Shown in pieces: positions 1-9,913 of a DNA stretch of 64,000 nt. Made by a program: the position numbers and the translations under genes. Below the pieces are notes generated by a model. That model worked only from the letters and a program-made list of their open reading frames with translations, was not told the origin of the DNA and did not search any database. The stretch spans positions 7,086-71,085 of the forward strand of contig PHAM01000001.1 in assembly GCA_002841685.1 (NCBI GenBank). The letters run 5' to 3'. This DNA comes from Elusimicrobia bacterium HGW-Elusimicrobia-2. GTDB taxonomy: Bacteria; CG03. How positions within the stretch are numbered: position 1 is the stretch's first letter; every line of letters starts with the position of its first letter.

Positions 1-132
1 CGGCGTTTCCGCGCGGGATACGCGCGGCCGCGCCGGACCCGAAAAAAACAAACTTCGGCCCGTGAAATGTTATTATTCCGCTTTTTTTCATAGTGAGCAT
101 TTTACCAAATAAAAATGATGCCGGCCACTTTT

Positions 133-3100
133 TTATTTCAGGAGCTGCTCATAATATTCTTTGAGCATATCTTTGTATTTGAGCGGCCGCTCGCCGCGCA
201 TGGCGTCATTGATGATCTCGCCCTCAGCGTCATAACCGGGCCGCAGAGGAAGGGGAATGTTAAAATCATATTGCTTAAACCCCGCGCCGGGAGAAGATTG
301 CCCCGGGGAATCTCCCTTCCCGCCCGAAGAAGGAAAAAATGAGGGCATGGAGGAGCCGCCGGGTTCAGACTGCGGGTTGAATTCAAAATCATCCATTCCC
401 TTCTGGGCTTTTTTGAGCTGATAAAGCGCCCTTTCCTGAAAGGTCAGAGAATCCGCCGGACGGCCCGCCTTCAGGGAAGATGCTGCGGAAATCATCTCTC
501 TGCGGGCGGCTCTGACATTTCCCGCGATAGCGGCGGGGAACTGGGCGCTCTGCCTTGAATACTCGCTCATCTTTTTTTCAAGAGACGCCGCGCGTCCGGC
601 AAGGGCCGTCTGCGCCGACGATATTTCCATAGAGTATTCCATCTCATCCTGATTCAGGGCCAGGGTGGCGGTATCGGAATAAATATCAAAAAAATCCCTT
701 ATCTCATCCCGCGCTTCGCTCAGTATATTCGCTGTTGAACTGCTGATATCCATGGCCGCCAGCGCCCGGAGCTGTTTTTGGGCATCTTCAAGAGGCCTTT
801 CAAAATCAAAACCCTTATCCATAAATCTTTCAGCGAAATCCGAAACATTTCTGTTGAAATTATAAAGGCCCGGCGTCAGCCGCGCGGCCTCTTTAGCGAA
901 CAATTTGTTTCTGTCGTTCAGCAGGCGCGAGGCGGAATTTTTAACCCCGTCAGCACGGTCCCTCAGCTCCTGCGCTCTGCGGGCGGACTGCTCTTTCAGC
1001 CTGTCCCGGCCCCGCGCGAGCAGCGCTTCGCTGCTTGCTATTATCTTTTCCTCGCCGCTTATTATTTCCGCCAGCGCCGTGTCTTTTTCTTTACGGGGGA
1101 GCGACGGGGCTTCGACAGAAGAAAAACCCGCTTCAAGATTCTTCCTGATACCGCTCAAACTTTTAAGGAGCGCCTTCGCGTGTTCAACGGCCGAAGTGAT
1201 GTCGCCTGAAGAAAGCGCCTCTTTGAGTCCTGAAACTGAATTCTCGACGGAATTGAAATCCATGGATTTGACTGAATCGGAATTCACGAATTCCTCCGGC
1301 AGATTCTGCGGCATGTTCTTAACTGTTTCGGCCAGCTCTCTCATGAGCTGTTCAATTTTCCCCGCGAGTTCCGTCAATTCCTTCAGCATTTCTTCATTGG
1401 GGGCGGTTGAGCCGAGAAAATCATTCAGTTTACCCGCCGCCTCGGATGATTCGCGGGCGATGTTTCCCATATTATCCATCGAACTTCTTTTAAAAAGTTC
1501 TTCGCTGAAAGCGGAAAGTTTTTCAAGAGACTCCGCGATGTCATCCTGTGTATCAAAGGCGCCTTTCTGATCCCCCGCTTTCAATTCATCCCTAGCGCGT
1601 CGGGAATCAGCGGCCAGAGCGTCCAGAGCTTTGCTTAATCCCCTGTATTCGGCGCTGTAATAGCTGCTGTAAAGAGGGTCTTTTTCCGTGCGCGCGGCCA
1701 CGGTTGCGGCATCCTCGGAAAGAGAGAGCAGTTTGTTCTCGACTTCTCTCTGCCGGCGCGTAATCTCATCGGCGCTAAGGGCCTCGCGGTTAATATTCAA
1801 TTCCGCCTGCTTCTGATAAAGGGCGAAAATGTTTTCCTTTAACGCCTCCTCTCCTCTCATATTTTCCCTGTGTGTGTGCAGAAAATCCTTTAATGTAACG
1901 GTGAAACGCCGGCTCAATCCTCGCGCTCCGGATGCATCCAGGGCGGCAATCCAGTACTCCATCACATCCGCCGCCGCCATGACCCGCGAAAGTTTCCAAT
2001 CCCATTTTCCGCGGGACGTTTTGGAATAACTGTTAAAGATCATTGTTTTTACGGTGGGCCCGCCGTTTTTTGAAGAGCAGAACATCACCTCCTTGACGCC
2101 GAAATCATCTTCGGCGAGCCAGGCGATATCAATTCCGGAAAAACTCTCATTTATTATCAGGTCCTCTCCGGGGCTCAGTATATATGCCGACGGCGGACTG
2201 TCCTCGGCCGCGTCCACCTTCCACACAACCGTTCCCGAAGAGACGAGCCCATCGCGCGAGAGGAGCTCCACCTTCCAGTGCCCGGCGCCGGATGCCGTGA
2301 AGGATCCTTTTGCCTGATCCCCCGATACAGTCATTTTTATTTTCTTTTCCTTCCCTTCAAAAACAGCGGCAATAGAGGCGCTTTCAAGTTTTTGCGACGA
2401 TTTTATTATCAGCTCCGCCACGGTTCCCGGAAAAGCGGCAAAACCGCCGAAAGAACTCTCTTCCTCAGGCAGGTTCAGATAAGCGGGGTAATTGATCTTT
2501 ATTTTCCGCCAAAGGACTTTCGGCCTTTCAAGAAGCTTGATATCATAAACCTCCGAATATAGATTTTTCCACCGGAACCTGATCTTAAAAGGCACGAGAC
2601 ACTTTTCTATCCTGAAAGAAAACAGACCCTCGCCGCCCCCAAGTTTCCTTTCCACCCATGTCGAAGAAGGGAACAAAAACATAGCCCGCGGTCTCGCCCC
2701 GGGGGCCGCGCGCGCGAGCAGTTCCCAGGGCTCGCCCTTGACGGCGGTTTTCTCCATTTCGACAGACAGATAGCTTTTTATATCATCTCCGCGCGGAATA
2801 ATCACTCTCCTTGCGGAAACAGAGTTAAAAAACAACACAGATCCCGCCGCTATCATGGCAAGGACGGCTTTCGGATTCAACGACACAAACGACAACAGCC
2901 GGATATCTTTCACAATTTTTGCGGCCGTTTTGATTTCCTCGTCTATAAGCTCCCGCGAAATACCGAGCCCGGAGAGTTTTTCCCTGCTCACCGAAAGATC
3001 CCAGGCCCTGAGCACATCATCCCCTGCGGCCCGGGCGCTTTTCTCGCGGGCGGAGCTAAAAATTTCAATCAAATCCGCGGACAGTCTCACCATAAAGTAA

Positions 3101-3288
3101 AAGCCAAAAAATATCAGCACAAAACTCCTGATACGGAAACTCATGGGAAAAACAAGATCAGCGAGTGAAAAAACGGCAAGGCCCGCCGCGAACGAGGCCA
3201 GTCTTATCAAAAGACAATTGGCCAAAGCGGCCATTACGCGCACACCGTGCAGAACGCCCAGTCTCTTCAGGAAATCATCATTTATCAT
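133..3288 (-). CDS. Large membrane-anchored coiled-coil protein, DUF4175-like partner of a Bat-type vWA operon
   Basis: 1051-aa ORF with two N-terminal TM helices, a long Ala/Glu/Arg-rich coiled-coil region and a Gly/Ser-rich C-terminus; overlaps the upstream vWA gene by 4 nt; family assignment from architecture and neighbours only. Confidence 0.5.
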   Translation of the reverse strand: MINDDFLKRLGVLHGVRVMAALANCLLIRLASFAAGLAVFSLADLVFPMSFRIRSFVLIFFGFYFMVRLSADLIEIFSSAREKSARAAGDDVLRAWDLSVSREKLSGLGISRELIDEEIKTAAKIVKDIRLLSFVSLNPKAVLAMIAAGSVLFFNSVSARRVIIPRGDDIKSYLSVEMEKTAVKGEPWELLARAAPGARPRAMFLFPSSTWVERKLGGGEGLFSFRIEKCLVPFKIRFRWKNLYSEVYDIKLLERPKVLWRKIKINYPAYLNLPEEESSFGGFAAFPGTVAELIIKSSQKLESASIAAVFEGKEKKIKMTVSGDQAKGSFTASGAGHWKVELLSRDGLVSSGTVVWKVDAAEDSPPSAYILSPGEDLIINESFSGIDIAWLAEDDFGVKEVMFCSSKNGGPTVKTMIFNSYSKTSRGKWDWKLSRVMAAADVMEYWIAALDASGARGLSRRFTVTLKDFLHTHRENMRGEEALKENIFALYQKQAELNINREALSADEITRRQREVENKLLSLSEDAATVAARTEKDPLYSSYYSAEYRGLSKALDALAADSRRARDELKAGDQKGAFDTQDDIAESLEKLSAFSEELFKRSSMDNMGNIARESSEAAGKLNDFLGSTAPNEEMLKELTELAGKIEQLMRELAETVKNMPQNLPEEFVNSDSVKSMDFNSVENSVSGLKEALSSGDITSAVEHAKALLKSLSGIRKNLEAGFSSVEAPSLPRKEKDTALAEIISGEEKIIASSEALLARGRDRLKEQSARRAQELRDRADGVKNSASRLLNDRNKLFAKEAARLTPGLYNFNRNVSDFAERFMDKGFDFERPLEDAQKQLRALAAMDISSSTANILSEARDEIRDFFDIYSDTATLALNQDEMEYSMEISSAQTALAGRAASLEKKMSEYSRQSAQFPAAIAGNVRAARREMISAASSLKAGRPADSLTFQERALYQLKKAQKGMDDFEFNPQSEPGGSSMPSFFPSSGGKGDSPGQSSPGAGFKQYDFNIPLPLRPGYDAEGEIINDAMRGERPLKYKDMLKEYYEQLLK

Positions 3289-5324
3289 CGCGTGTTGTCT
3301 TTAAACCACAGCCCCACGAAGAACAGAGCCGTAAAGATCAGATAATAATTTTTCATCGCCGGATGGTAAAAGCCCGAGTCGTCAACGGGCGCGGGAATAT
3401 CCGCGGCGCGGAATAAATCGCTTCCCAGATATTTTCCGAGCGAAAGGCGCGAGATCTCACGCAGATGAGAATGTTTGGCGGAAGTGTTTTCTTCTTCTAT
3501 GCTTTTTTCCGTGACCGTGAATGAAAAGACCTTCTCCGCGCGCACACCCCTCTCACCCGAAACAGATATCCTGACGCTGTGCGGGCCGGGCTCCTCTATT
3601 ATCTTTTTCACCACAAAAACGCCCGGCGACACCATAACCGGCGGAAGATAAGATTGTCCCCCGGGCGCGACATGCCGGACAGTGACGCCGGAATGCAACG
3701 CGTTCCTCAACTGTATCCGCAAAAGCAAGTCCTCTCCGATTTTATAATTCTTTCTGCCCGAAAGACTTATCTCATCAAGCAGGGGAGAACGCGTCAGCCA
3801 CGCGAAAGAATTCTTAAAGAATTCCTGGTAAAAATACGATGTTTCCGGGCCCGCGAAAAAAAGGCGCCAGAGGCTGTTTGTCAAAAGCGTCATGACCCGG
3901 CCCTTACCCTCGTTCCTGACGGCGGCAACAGGGTCGCCGCCGGAAGTTGTCAGAACACTCTGCGCATCAGGCGCGAGCGACGAGGCGGGAGACATGCCCT
4001 TGAGCGGCACATCTCCGGCTGCGGAAATACCGGAAATAAGGGAAGTTACGGGATGGGAGGGAGAGGCCCTGAGAAAAAATTTTTCTTCGCTGAAAGATCC
4101 GCCCGGGCACTCTGTGACCGGAAGAATCTCCCCGAGCGGGCTTTTAAAATAATTCCCGTTACTGAAAAGATCTTCTCCGCCTATGAGCATAAGAGCCCCC
4201 CCTGATCTAATATGGCGAAGGAGTAGCGAGAGATAATCGGGGCTTATGAATTTTGTGTAATCAAAATTAAGGAGTATCACAAGATCGTAATTCGTGATAT
4301 CGTTTAAAAAGATTTCCCGCACGGGAAAAGGTATAAGAGAAAGTTTGTTGTCGGGGAAAGGAACATAATCCGAAGGGTTTCTCAGTATCACGAAAGAGGT
4401 GAGGTCTATCCTCTTGTCGGATTTTATCAGAGCCCGCAGGTTGCTGTATTCCCAGCCTGGCCGGCCGCTTATAAAAAGAACTTTCATCAGTGATTTGAAA
4501 ACCGACACCCTGAAAAAATCGGAGTTGTTCCCAGGATTAGTGTCGGAAGGCAGAAGCTCAACATTATATCTGATATTATCCCCCGCCTCACCCGGGATAA
4601 ATTCGACATCGATATCTTTGACAGTTTCACCTTCCGAAAAAACGACCGGCTTTTCGCCGCCTTTCTCCCCAGGACGGCCTATTCTTATACGCGCCGGGCC
4701 TCGACCGGGCGGGCACTCCACGCGCACACGCGCTTTTGAAACGGAGCCCTGAAACACCTTTTCGGGATACTCCAGTATTTTGAGCGACATGTCATCCTCA
4801 AGAAGCTGTCCGAACCCGGCGCAATGCACCGGTTTTGAGAAATAACAGGACTCGCTCGTCGTGTCTCGGCCGTCGGAAAGAAGAAGCATGGAGCCGCCTT
4901 CCGGCAAAGATGCTGTTATTTCGGAAGCGCTGCGGGAGATAAGCGAGGCGCCGCCGGAGGCGCGGGAATTGAAAAACGCGCTTTCCCCAAGCAGGCGCGG
5001 CTCGGAATCAAATGTGTAAAAAACCAGCTTGAATTTCTTCTTAAGATCCGGCAATTCCCTCCGCAGCGCTCCCTTCGCCGCCTCAAGCCGGGAAGACTTG
5101 CCGTTTTTAACAGCCATACTCGAGGAAGTATCAAGGCAAACGGCCAAAACAGGAGCGGGCGCGCTGCTCTTTTTTCTGATCGCGGGGTTGGCGATGAGAA
5201 AGAAAACAACCGCGAGCGCCGCGAGCCTGTAAAAAACTCCGCGTCGGCGTATCGTCAGATAGGCCAGCAGCGCGAAAAATACAAGAGTCAGATCTTCAAT
5301 CATTATATAAAGCAAACGCCTCAC
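3285..5324 (-). CDS. BatA-like von Willebrand factor A domain membrane protein
   Basis: N-terminal TM region followed by vWA MIDAS motif 'LDTSSSM' (DxSxS); 679 aa; tight operon with DUF4159 and DUF4175-like genes. Confidence 0.7.
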   Translation of the reverse strand: MRRLLYIMIEDLTLVFFALLAYLTIRRRGVFYRLAALAVVFFLIANPAIRKKSSAPAPVLAVCLDTSSSMAVKNGKSSRLEAAKGALRRELPDLKKKFKLVFYTFDSEPRLLGESAFFNSRASGGASLISRSASEITASLPEGGSMLLLSDGRDTTSESCYFSKPVHCAGFGQLLEDDMSLKILEYPEKVFQGSVSKARVRVECPPGRGPARIRIGRPGEKGGEKPVVFSEGETVKDIDVEFIPGEAGDNIRYNVELLPSDTNPGNNSDFFRVSVFKSLMKVLFISGRPGWEYSNLRALIKSDKRIDLTSFVILRNPSDYVPFPDNKLSLIPFPVREIFLNDITNYDLVILLNFDYTKFISPDYLSLLLRHIRSGGALMLIGGEDLFSNGNYFKSPLGEILPVTECPGGSFSEEKFFLRASPSHPVTSLISGISAAGDVPLKGMSPASSLAPDAQSVLTTSGGDPVAAVRNEGKGRVMTLLTNSLWRLFFAGPETSYFYQEFFKNSFAWLTRSPLLDEISLSGRKNYKIGEDLLLRIQLRNALHSGVTVRHVAPGGQSYLPPVMVSPGVFVVKKIIEEPGPHSVRISVSGERGVRAEKVFSFTVTEKSIEEENTSAKHSHLREISRLSLGKYLGSDLFRAADIPAPVDDSGFYHPAMKNYYLIFTALFFVGLWFKDNTR

Positions 5325-5342
5325 AGCAGAATCCCAACATCG

Positions 5343-6065
5343 TTACCATGATTTCAGTTTCCTTTCTATAAAATCCCTGTGGATGATGTCTTTTTTATAG
5401 GTGCCGGTCAGAGAATACATCACGATATTCACAGTGATTTTCACGGCCTCCAGCCGCTGGGCTTCGCCCCCGGGATAACAGCTGTAAATAAATCTTCCGC
5501 TCTCATCCCTGGCCCAGGCGCCGAAAATATCGTTCCGCGAATAGACGATCACCCAGCGCCCGTCTATCCGAACGCCGTAAAGCGAGGGAGAAACCGAATT
5601 GCGTCCCGCGGCCTTCGGCTGCAGATAGAAACTCCTGAATATAACATCATCCTCCGGTATTTTTTCAAGCGCTGCGGCGGGGAAAATTCCGGCGCTGAAA
5701 TCTTTAACCGAGCGGTAAAAATCATCAAGCCCGTAGGACTCGGTCTCATCTATAAACAGAAAACCGCCGGATGAAAGATGCTTGGCCAGAAGAGCCGTTT
5801 CCTTTCTCGTAAAATCCTTCAGCGACCCCTTTCCCGTAACACAGAGAAAGGGATAATCAAAGATACCCTGTCCCACCTCAAGATAAACCGCATCCGTTGG
5901 GGGATCTATGGATGTGGACGAGGCGAGATATTTCAGGACGGCTTCAACAGAGCTTGACAGCGGCGAGGAGCCGCCGCTTTTCTTTATTATGCAAAGCTCA
6001 AAAAGATCTCCGGCGAAACAGCATGCGGACAGGAGCAAAAAAAACAGTATTTTAAAAACTTTCAT
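5343..6065 (-). CDS. DUF4159 domain protein (Bat-operon associated)
   Basis: 240-aa secreted protein (signal peptide); sequence pattern and gene context (next to vWA/BatA-like) typical of DUF4159. Confidence 0.6.
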   Translation of the reverse strand: MKVFKILFFLLLSACCFAGDLFELCIIKKSGGSSPLSSSVEAVLKYLASSTSIDPPTDAVYLEVGQGIFDYPFLCVTGKGSLKDFTRKETALLAKHLSSGGFLFIDETESYGLDDFYRSVKDFSAGIFPAAALEKIPEDDVIFRSFYLQPKAAGRNSVSPSLYGVRIDGRWVIVYSRNDIFGAWARDESGRFIYSCYPGGEAQRLEAVKITVNIVMYSLTGTYKKDIIHRDFIERKLKSW

Positions 6066-8095
6066 TCTCCGTTCTTCACAAGCGCGAGGTTGTATTTTAA
6101 ATTCTCATCATCGGGATTTATAGACAGGCCCTTTTGAAAAAATTCTTTCGCCCCCGCGATATTGCCCGATCTCATCTCAATAAGGCCGAGTTCGTTCAAA
6201 GCGGCGTAACTAACAGGGTTTATGTTAAGGCATTTTCTAAACGCGGCCTGCGCCTCAGCCGTTTTACCGAGCTTGCCCAGCGACAGCGCCAGATTATAAT
6301 ATCTCACATCATCCGGCGTGAGAGAGACAGACTCGGCGAAATGACGCGCGGCAGAATCATAATCCCTCTCCCCAAAATCAAGAACGCCCAGGTTATTCCA
6401 GGCCTCCGGCAAGGCGGGATTGATACTGATTGCCGCTTCATATGACTTACGGGCTTCGTCTCGCCTGCCGAGCCCCGCCCAGACAGGCCCCATATTGGTC
6501 AGGAGCCAGTCTATGTCTTTGCCTAAATGAGAACATATGCGCGCGGTGCCGGGACTTGGGTTTTTTAGCGCCCTGAAATAATAATCAAGGATCTCAATCG
6601 AACGCACCCTATAGTTTTGAAGGCCTGAAGTACGCCAGAAAAAAGCGGGATTGGGTCTGTTTCGCAAAGCGTCTTTCGTCCACAGCAAGCCGTCAAAACC
6701 ATAATCCGGAAAAGGCAACTGGGATTTTGAAAAAGCGAAAAAACTTTTTTCCGGGCCCGAAAACATAAACTTCATCTTCGCCGCATAGCCTCTGGCGGGG
6801 GAAGGATTCCATAAACCGGAAGTTTCCCGCGGCGGATCTTCTCCGTAAAAAGACGGGAAAACGGCGCCGTAAGACGTGTATACCGGCGGCATTTTCACTT
6901 TTTGCGCCCATTTTTTGTAGGCGAGCGCGAATATCAGGTCATCTCCCACCGCGCCTTTCTCTATAATGAGAGCGTTTCCCCGCGGCACGGCCCTGATGAC
7001 GGAATCCGCGAAATCGGAAAGCGAATAAAAATTTCTCAGCGATTGCCCTTTTATGGAAAAAATGAACAGCAGTGCGAATGCCCATACGGTGGATGTGAAA
7101 ATTTTCTTCCGACGGAGAAAGCCCCAAAGCCCTCCGGCGAGCATAATCAGGATCGCCGAAGGCAGAAGAAAGAACCTCTCCGTTATCGCCTCGATAAAAG
7201 CTCCGCTTGAAGAGGAAAGCCCTGCGGCCATGAAAAAAAGCGGGCCGCTGAAAAGAAAACAGATAAAAAGAAAATGATTAAACCCGTCCGCTTTTCTGAA
7301 ATGAGAAAAATACAAAAGAGGGATAAAAATAAAGAGAGGCCCGAAAAAAATAAAACCCAGGCGGGGGTAATCCAGAAGAGCATTGAGCGTAACATGATGA
7401 TGCGATCCGTGAAGGGCGAAAGTGCCGTAATCCCGCCTAAGGAGCACATCTATCCATCGGCCGAAGGTAGAGGGATCACCCCAATTGAACACGGCGCCGC
7501 TCTGCGCGCGGACGATTAAAAATAAATTAGCGTAAAAACCAGTGATGGCCGCGCAAAAAACCATAAGGACAAAAGGGAAATCAAACATTTTTCTTTTAAT
7601 GAGCAGATATATTACTCCCGGCAGAAGGAGGATCAGCGTCTGATGGTTGGCCAGTCCGAGCCCGAAGAGGAAAGCCGCGGCCAGAGCGTTTTTTTTAAAA
7701 GGCGAATACAGCAGGTATATTATCGCGCATGCGAAAAGAAGATTAAGCGTGAAGACCTCGCAGGCCCCCGCTGATGAGAACACGGCAGGAGCAAGCGCAA
7801 AATACAGAAGCAGGCTCGCCGATGTAAAGCGGCACATAAAGAGCATCGCGGAAAACACAAAGAGCGCATTGATAAAATTCATGCGGTAGGCTATATTGCC
7901 CGCGGGAAAAATCTTTGACAAAGCCGCGGTGATTATGACAAAAACCGGATAGCCCGGCGGGTGAGCCACCCCCAGTGTTGATGAGGCGGCGATGAGCTCG
8001 CCCGAATCACCCACATATACGCCGGGCGCAAGATTGTATATAAAGATGAAAAACGCCGCCACTGCCGCGGCGAGGACGCTTCTTTTGATCACCAC
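6062..8095 (-). CDS. DUF2723 / GT-C fold (PMT/ArnT-like) membrane glycosyltransferase-like protein with C-terminal TPR repeats
   Basis: N-terminal ~450 aa polytopic membrane domain ('GDSGELIAASSTLGVAHPPGYP' DUF2723-type N-terminus) followed by multiple TPR repeats; 4-nt overlap with downstream gene. Confidence 0.7.
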   Translation of the reverse strand: MVIKRSVLAAAVAAFFIFIYNLAPGVYVGDSGELIAASSTLGVAHPPGYPVFVIITAALSKIFPAGNIAYRMNFINALFVFSAMLFMCRFTSASLLLYFALAPAVFSSAGACEVFTLNLLFACAIIYLLYSPFKKNALAAAFLFGLGLANHQTLILLLPGVIYLLIKRKMFDFPFVLMVFCAAITGFYANLFLIVRAQSGAVFNWGDPSTFGRWIDVLLRRDYGTFALHGSHHHVTLNALLDYPRLGFIFFGPLFIFIPLLYFSHFRKADGFNHFLFICFLFSGPLFFMAAGLSSSSGAFIEAITERFFLLPSAILIMLAGGLWGFLRRKKIFTSTVWAFALLFIFSIKGQSLRNFYSLSDFADSVIRAVPRGNALIIEKGAVGDDLIFALAYKKWAQKVKMPPVYTSYGAVFPSFYGEDPPRETSGLWNPSPARGYAAKMKFMFSGPEKSFFAFSKSQLPFPDYGFDGLLWTKDALRNRPNPAFFWRTSGLQNYRVRSIEILDYYFRALKNPSPGTARICSHLGKDIDWLLTNMGPVWAGLGRRDEARKSYEAAISINPALPEAWNNLGVLDFGERDYDSAARHFAESVSLTPDDVRYYNLALSLGKLGKTAEAQAAFRKCLNINPVSYAALNELGLIEMRSGNIAGAKEFFQKGLSINPDDENLKYNLALVKNGE

Positions 8096-9810
8096 AGTCC
8101 CAGAATTATTTTATTTCCCTTCACTTTCTTACGGGAAGGAAAAACTTCTTTTCTTTTTCCGTGCCTTAAAAGAGCCTCTCCTTTTGATATCTCAATGCTC
8201 GATTCTTCCCGCGGGTAACGCGCATATAAGATATTGGCGGCGAGAAAGGCCTTCTCAAGCCCGTCGGCCCGGCCGAAGTTCCAGACCTCATCCGGCTGTG
8301 CCAATCGGTAATTTTCTTCGTATATAGACTCGTTCTTAAGCTCACGCACGAGCGTAAGAGCCTCTTTATCAGTCATGTTTTGGGCAGCTTCCAGCGAGAC
8401 GGGGTTGCGGGTGAGCGCGGCATAGGCAAAAGGCCCTATTTCGCATTCTCTCATGTCGCGTAAGGCGTAAAAAGCCAGATCAGCGCTCTCGTTCTCCCTT
8501 CGTATAGCCGAGAGTCTTTTGATAACAGCCTGTCTGTCCATACCGGGATCTATACCCAACGGCGTTTCTTTAACGACTATTTTCTTTTTGATATCGGGAA
8601 GATCCGCCGCAGTGACGCAGAATTCTTTGATGGCAGAGATGAGTTTCCGGAAACTGAAACATCCTATGGAAAATTTTTCTTCAAAAATTTTAACACTTTT
8701 TAAATCTGAAAAATCCACAGAATGAGAAAGCAGATACTGCTCTATATCATTTAGCACGATTCTTCCGGGAAGCGCACAAGCGTGGAAATCCGTCGGCGCG
8801 ACTGTGTCGATGAGCTCTTTTCTTGTGCTGTCTGTGAGCAAATAAGGATGTTTCATCTCGTATTCAAAGAGCGTATCCAGGCCCACGTAGCGGTCATGGC
8901 CGCGGATAATGCCCCTCACCTGGAAACATTTATGAAGATCACTGTGGCGGCGGAGAAAGGCCCCCAGCACCGGAGCCGTGAGGTCGGTTTTCAGATAACA
9001 CCCCAGTTTTTTTCTCAGCAGCCCGTATTCCCCGGGATCTATTGTGGCTTTTTCATAGAGCGTGTGGATGTAACCGCTTTCATGAGAGACAACAGTGACT
9101 TTTTCGTTTTCAAGAGCCCTGCGGGCTTTAACGGAAAGAGCCGTGCCGTTGAACCACATGTTTTTTGTGACAATCCTTCTGTTGTTGGTAAGAACGCCTT
9201 TCCCGAGATTCACGAAATTCTGCGAATGAAGGGGTGTGCCCATAAGAAAAATATCTTTCAGCGGAATCCCCGCGACGATAAAAAGCGCCGCAGCGTACAG
9301 CGCCGCGAGCGAAACGCACTCCCCAGCGCCGGATGAATAAAATTTTTTGTGACGGAAGGCGTCCATGGCTTCCACCGTTTCGGTTTTCCAGTAAGGTATT
9401 ATTTCATCCGTGTATTTTTCAAGGCCGAAATGCCGCCTTATGTCTATGTCAAAATAATATTTATCGCCCTCGTAACCGAAAAGCGCGTTTGACCGGGCGA
9501 GGATTTTTTCATCCACGAAATCACTGAAGCGCGCCATTTCCCTGCTCTTGGATGTGAGCCCCCATGTCTCAATATCCAGATTGAAAGCGTAATTGTCCAT
9601 GATAAACTGCTTGAGCCTGTGGATCCGCCTGAGAGGAGACATCTTTTGTATTCCCCCAAACCACGGATGAAGGCGCCAGCGCCATATTTTAGGCGACATT
9701 ATGTTCGCGAGAACAAGGCTGTAAAGAAGTTCGGGGAAGACGAATATTTCCATATCAGATAATGTAACCGCCGAGGATTTTTTCTCAAGATCTATTCCGG
9801 ATTTACGCAT
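8089..9810 (-). CDS. Hypothetical protein with transglutaminase-like cysteine-protease core motif
   Basis: 573-aa ORF; motif 'GECVSLAALYAAALFIVAGIPLKD...H' resembles the transglutaminase-like Cys/His core (G-x-C...GIP...H); otherwise no recognisable family. Confidence 0.4.
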   Translation of the reverse strand: MRKSGIDLEKKSSAVTLSDMEIFVFPELLYSLVLANIMSPKIWRWRLHPWFGGIQKMSPLRRIHRLKQFIMDNYAFNLDIETWGLTSKSREMARFSDFVDEKILARSNALFGYEGDKYYFDIDIRRHFGLEKYTDEIIPYWKTETVEAMDAFRHKKFYSSGAGECVSLAALYAAALFIVAGIPLKDIFLMGTPLHSQNFVNLGKGVLTNNRRIVTKNMWFNGTALSVKARRALENEKVTVVSHESGYIHTLYEKATIDPGEYGLLRKKLGCYLKTDLTAPVLGAFLRRHSDLHKCFQVRGIIRGHDRYVGLDTLFEYEMKHPYLLTDSTRKELIDTVAPTDFHACALPGRIVLNDIEQYLLSHSVDFSDLKSVKIFEEKFSIGCFSFRKLISAIKEFCVTAADLPDIKKKIVVKETPLGIDPGMDRQAVIKRLSAIRRENESADLAFYALRDMRECEIGPFAYAALTRNPVSLEAAQNMTDKEALTLVRELKNESIYEENYRLAQPDEVWNFGRADGLEKAFLAANILYARYPREESSIEISKGEALLRHGKRKEVFPSRKKVKGNKIILGLW

Positions 9811-9913
9811 AGAAAAATTGACCGCCGAAGCGTCCGGGAATCAGCACTCTTTTGACAAAAGGAATTCCGCGGTCTTAATAAGCGCTTTTTTCATATCCCT
9901 TTTTTATCAAATG

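Noticed and set aside
13-31. GC-rich hairpin CCGCGCG-GGATA-CGCGCGG at the window start
   Set aside because: No U-tract on either strand in terminator position relative to the DUF4175-like gene end; too close to the window edge to interpret.
115-342. 75-aa plus-strand ORF overlapping the 3' end of the 1051-aa gene
   Set aside because: Mostly antisense to a long coding gene; low-complexity Arg/Pro translation.
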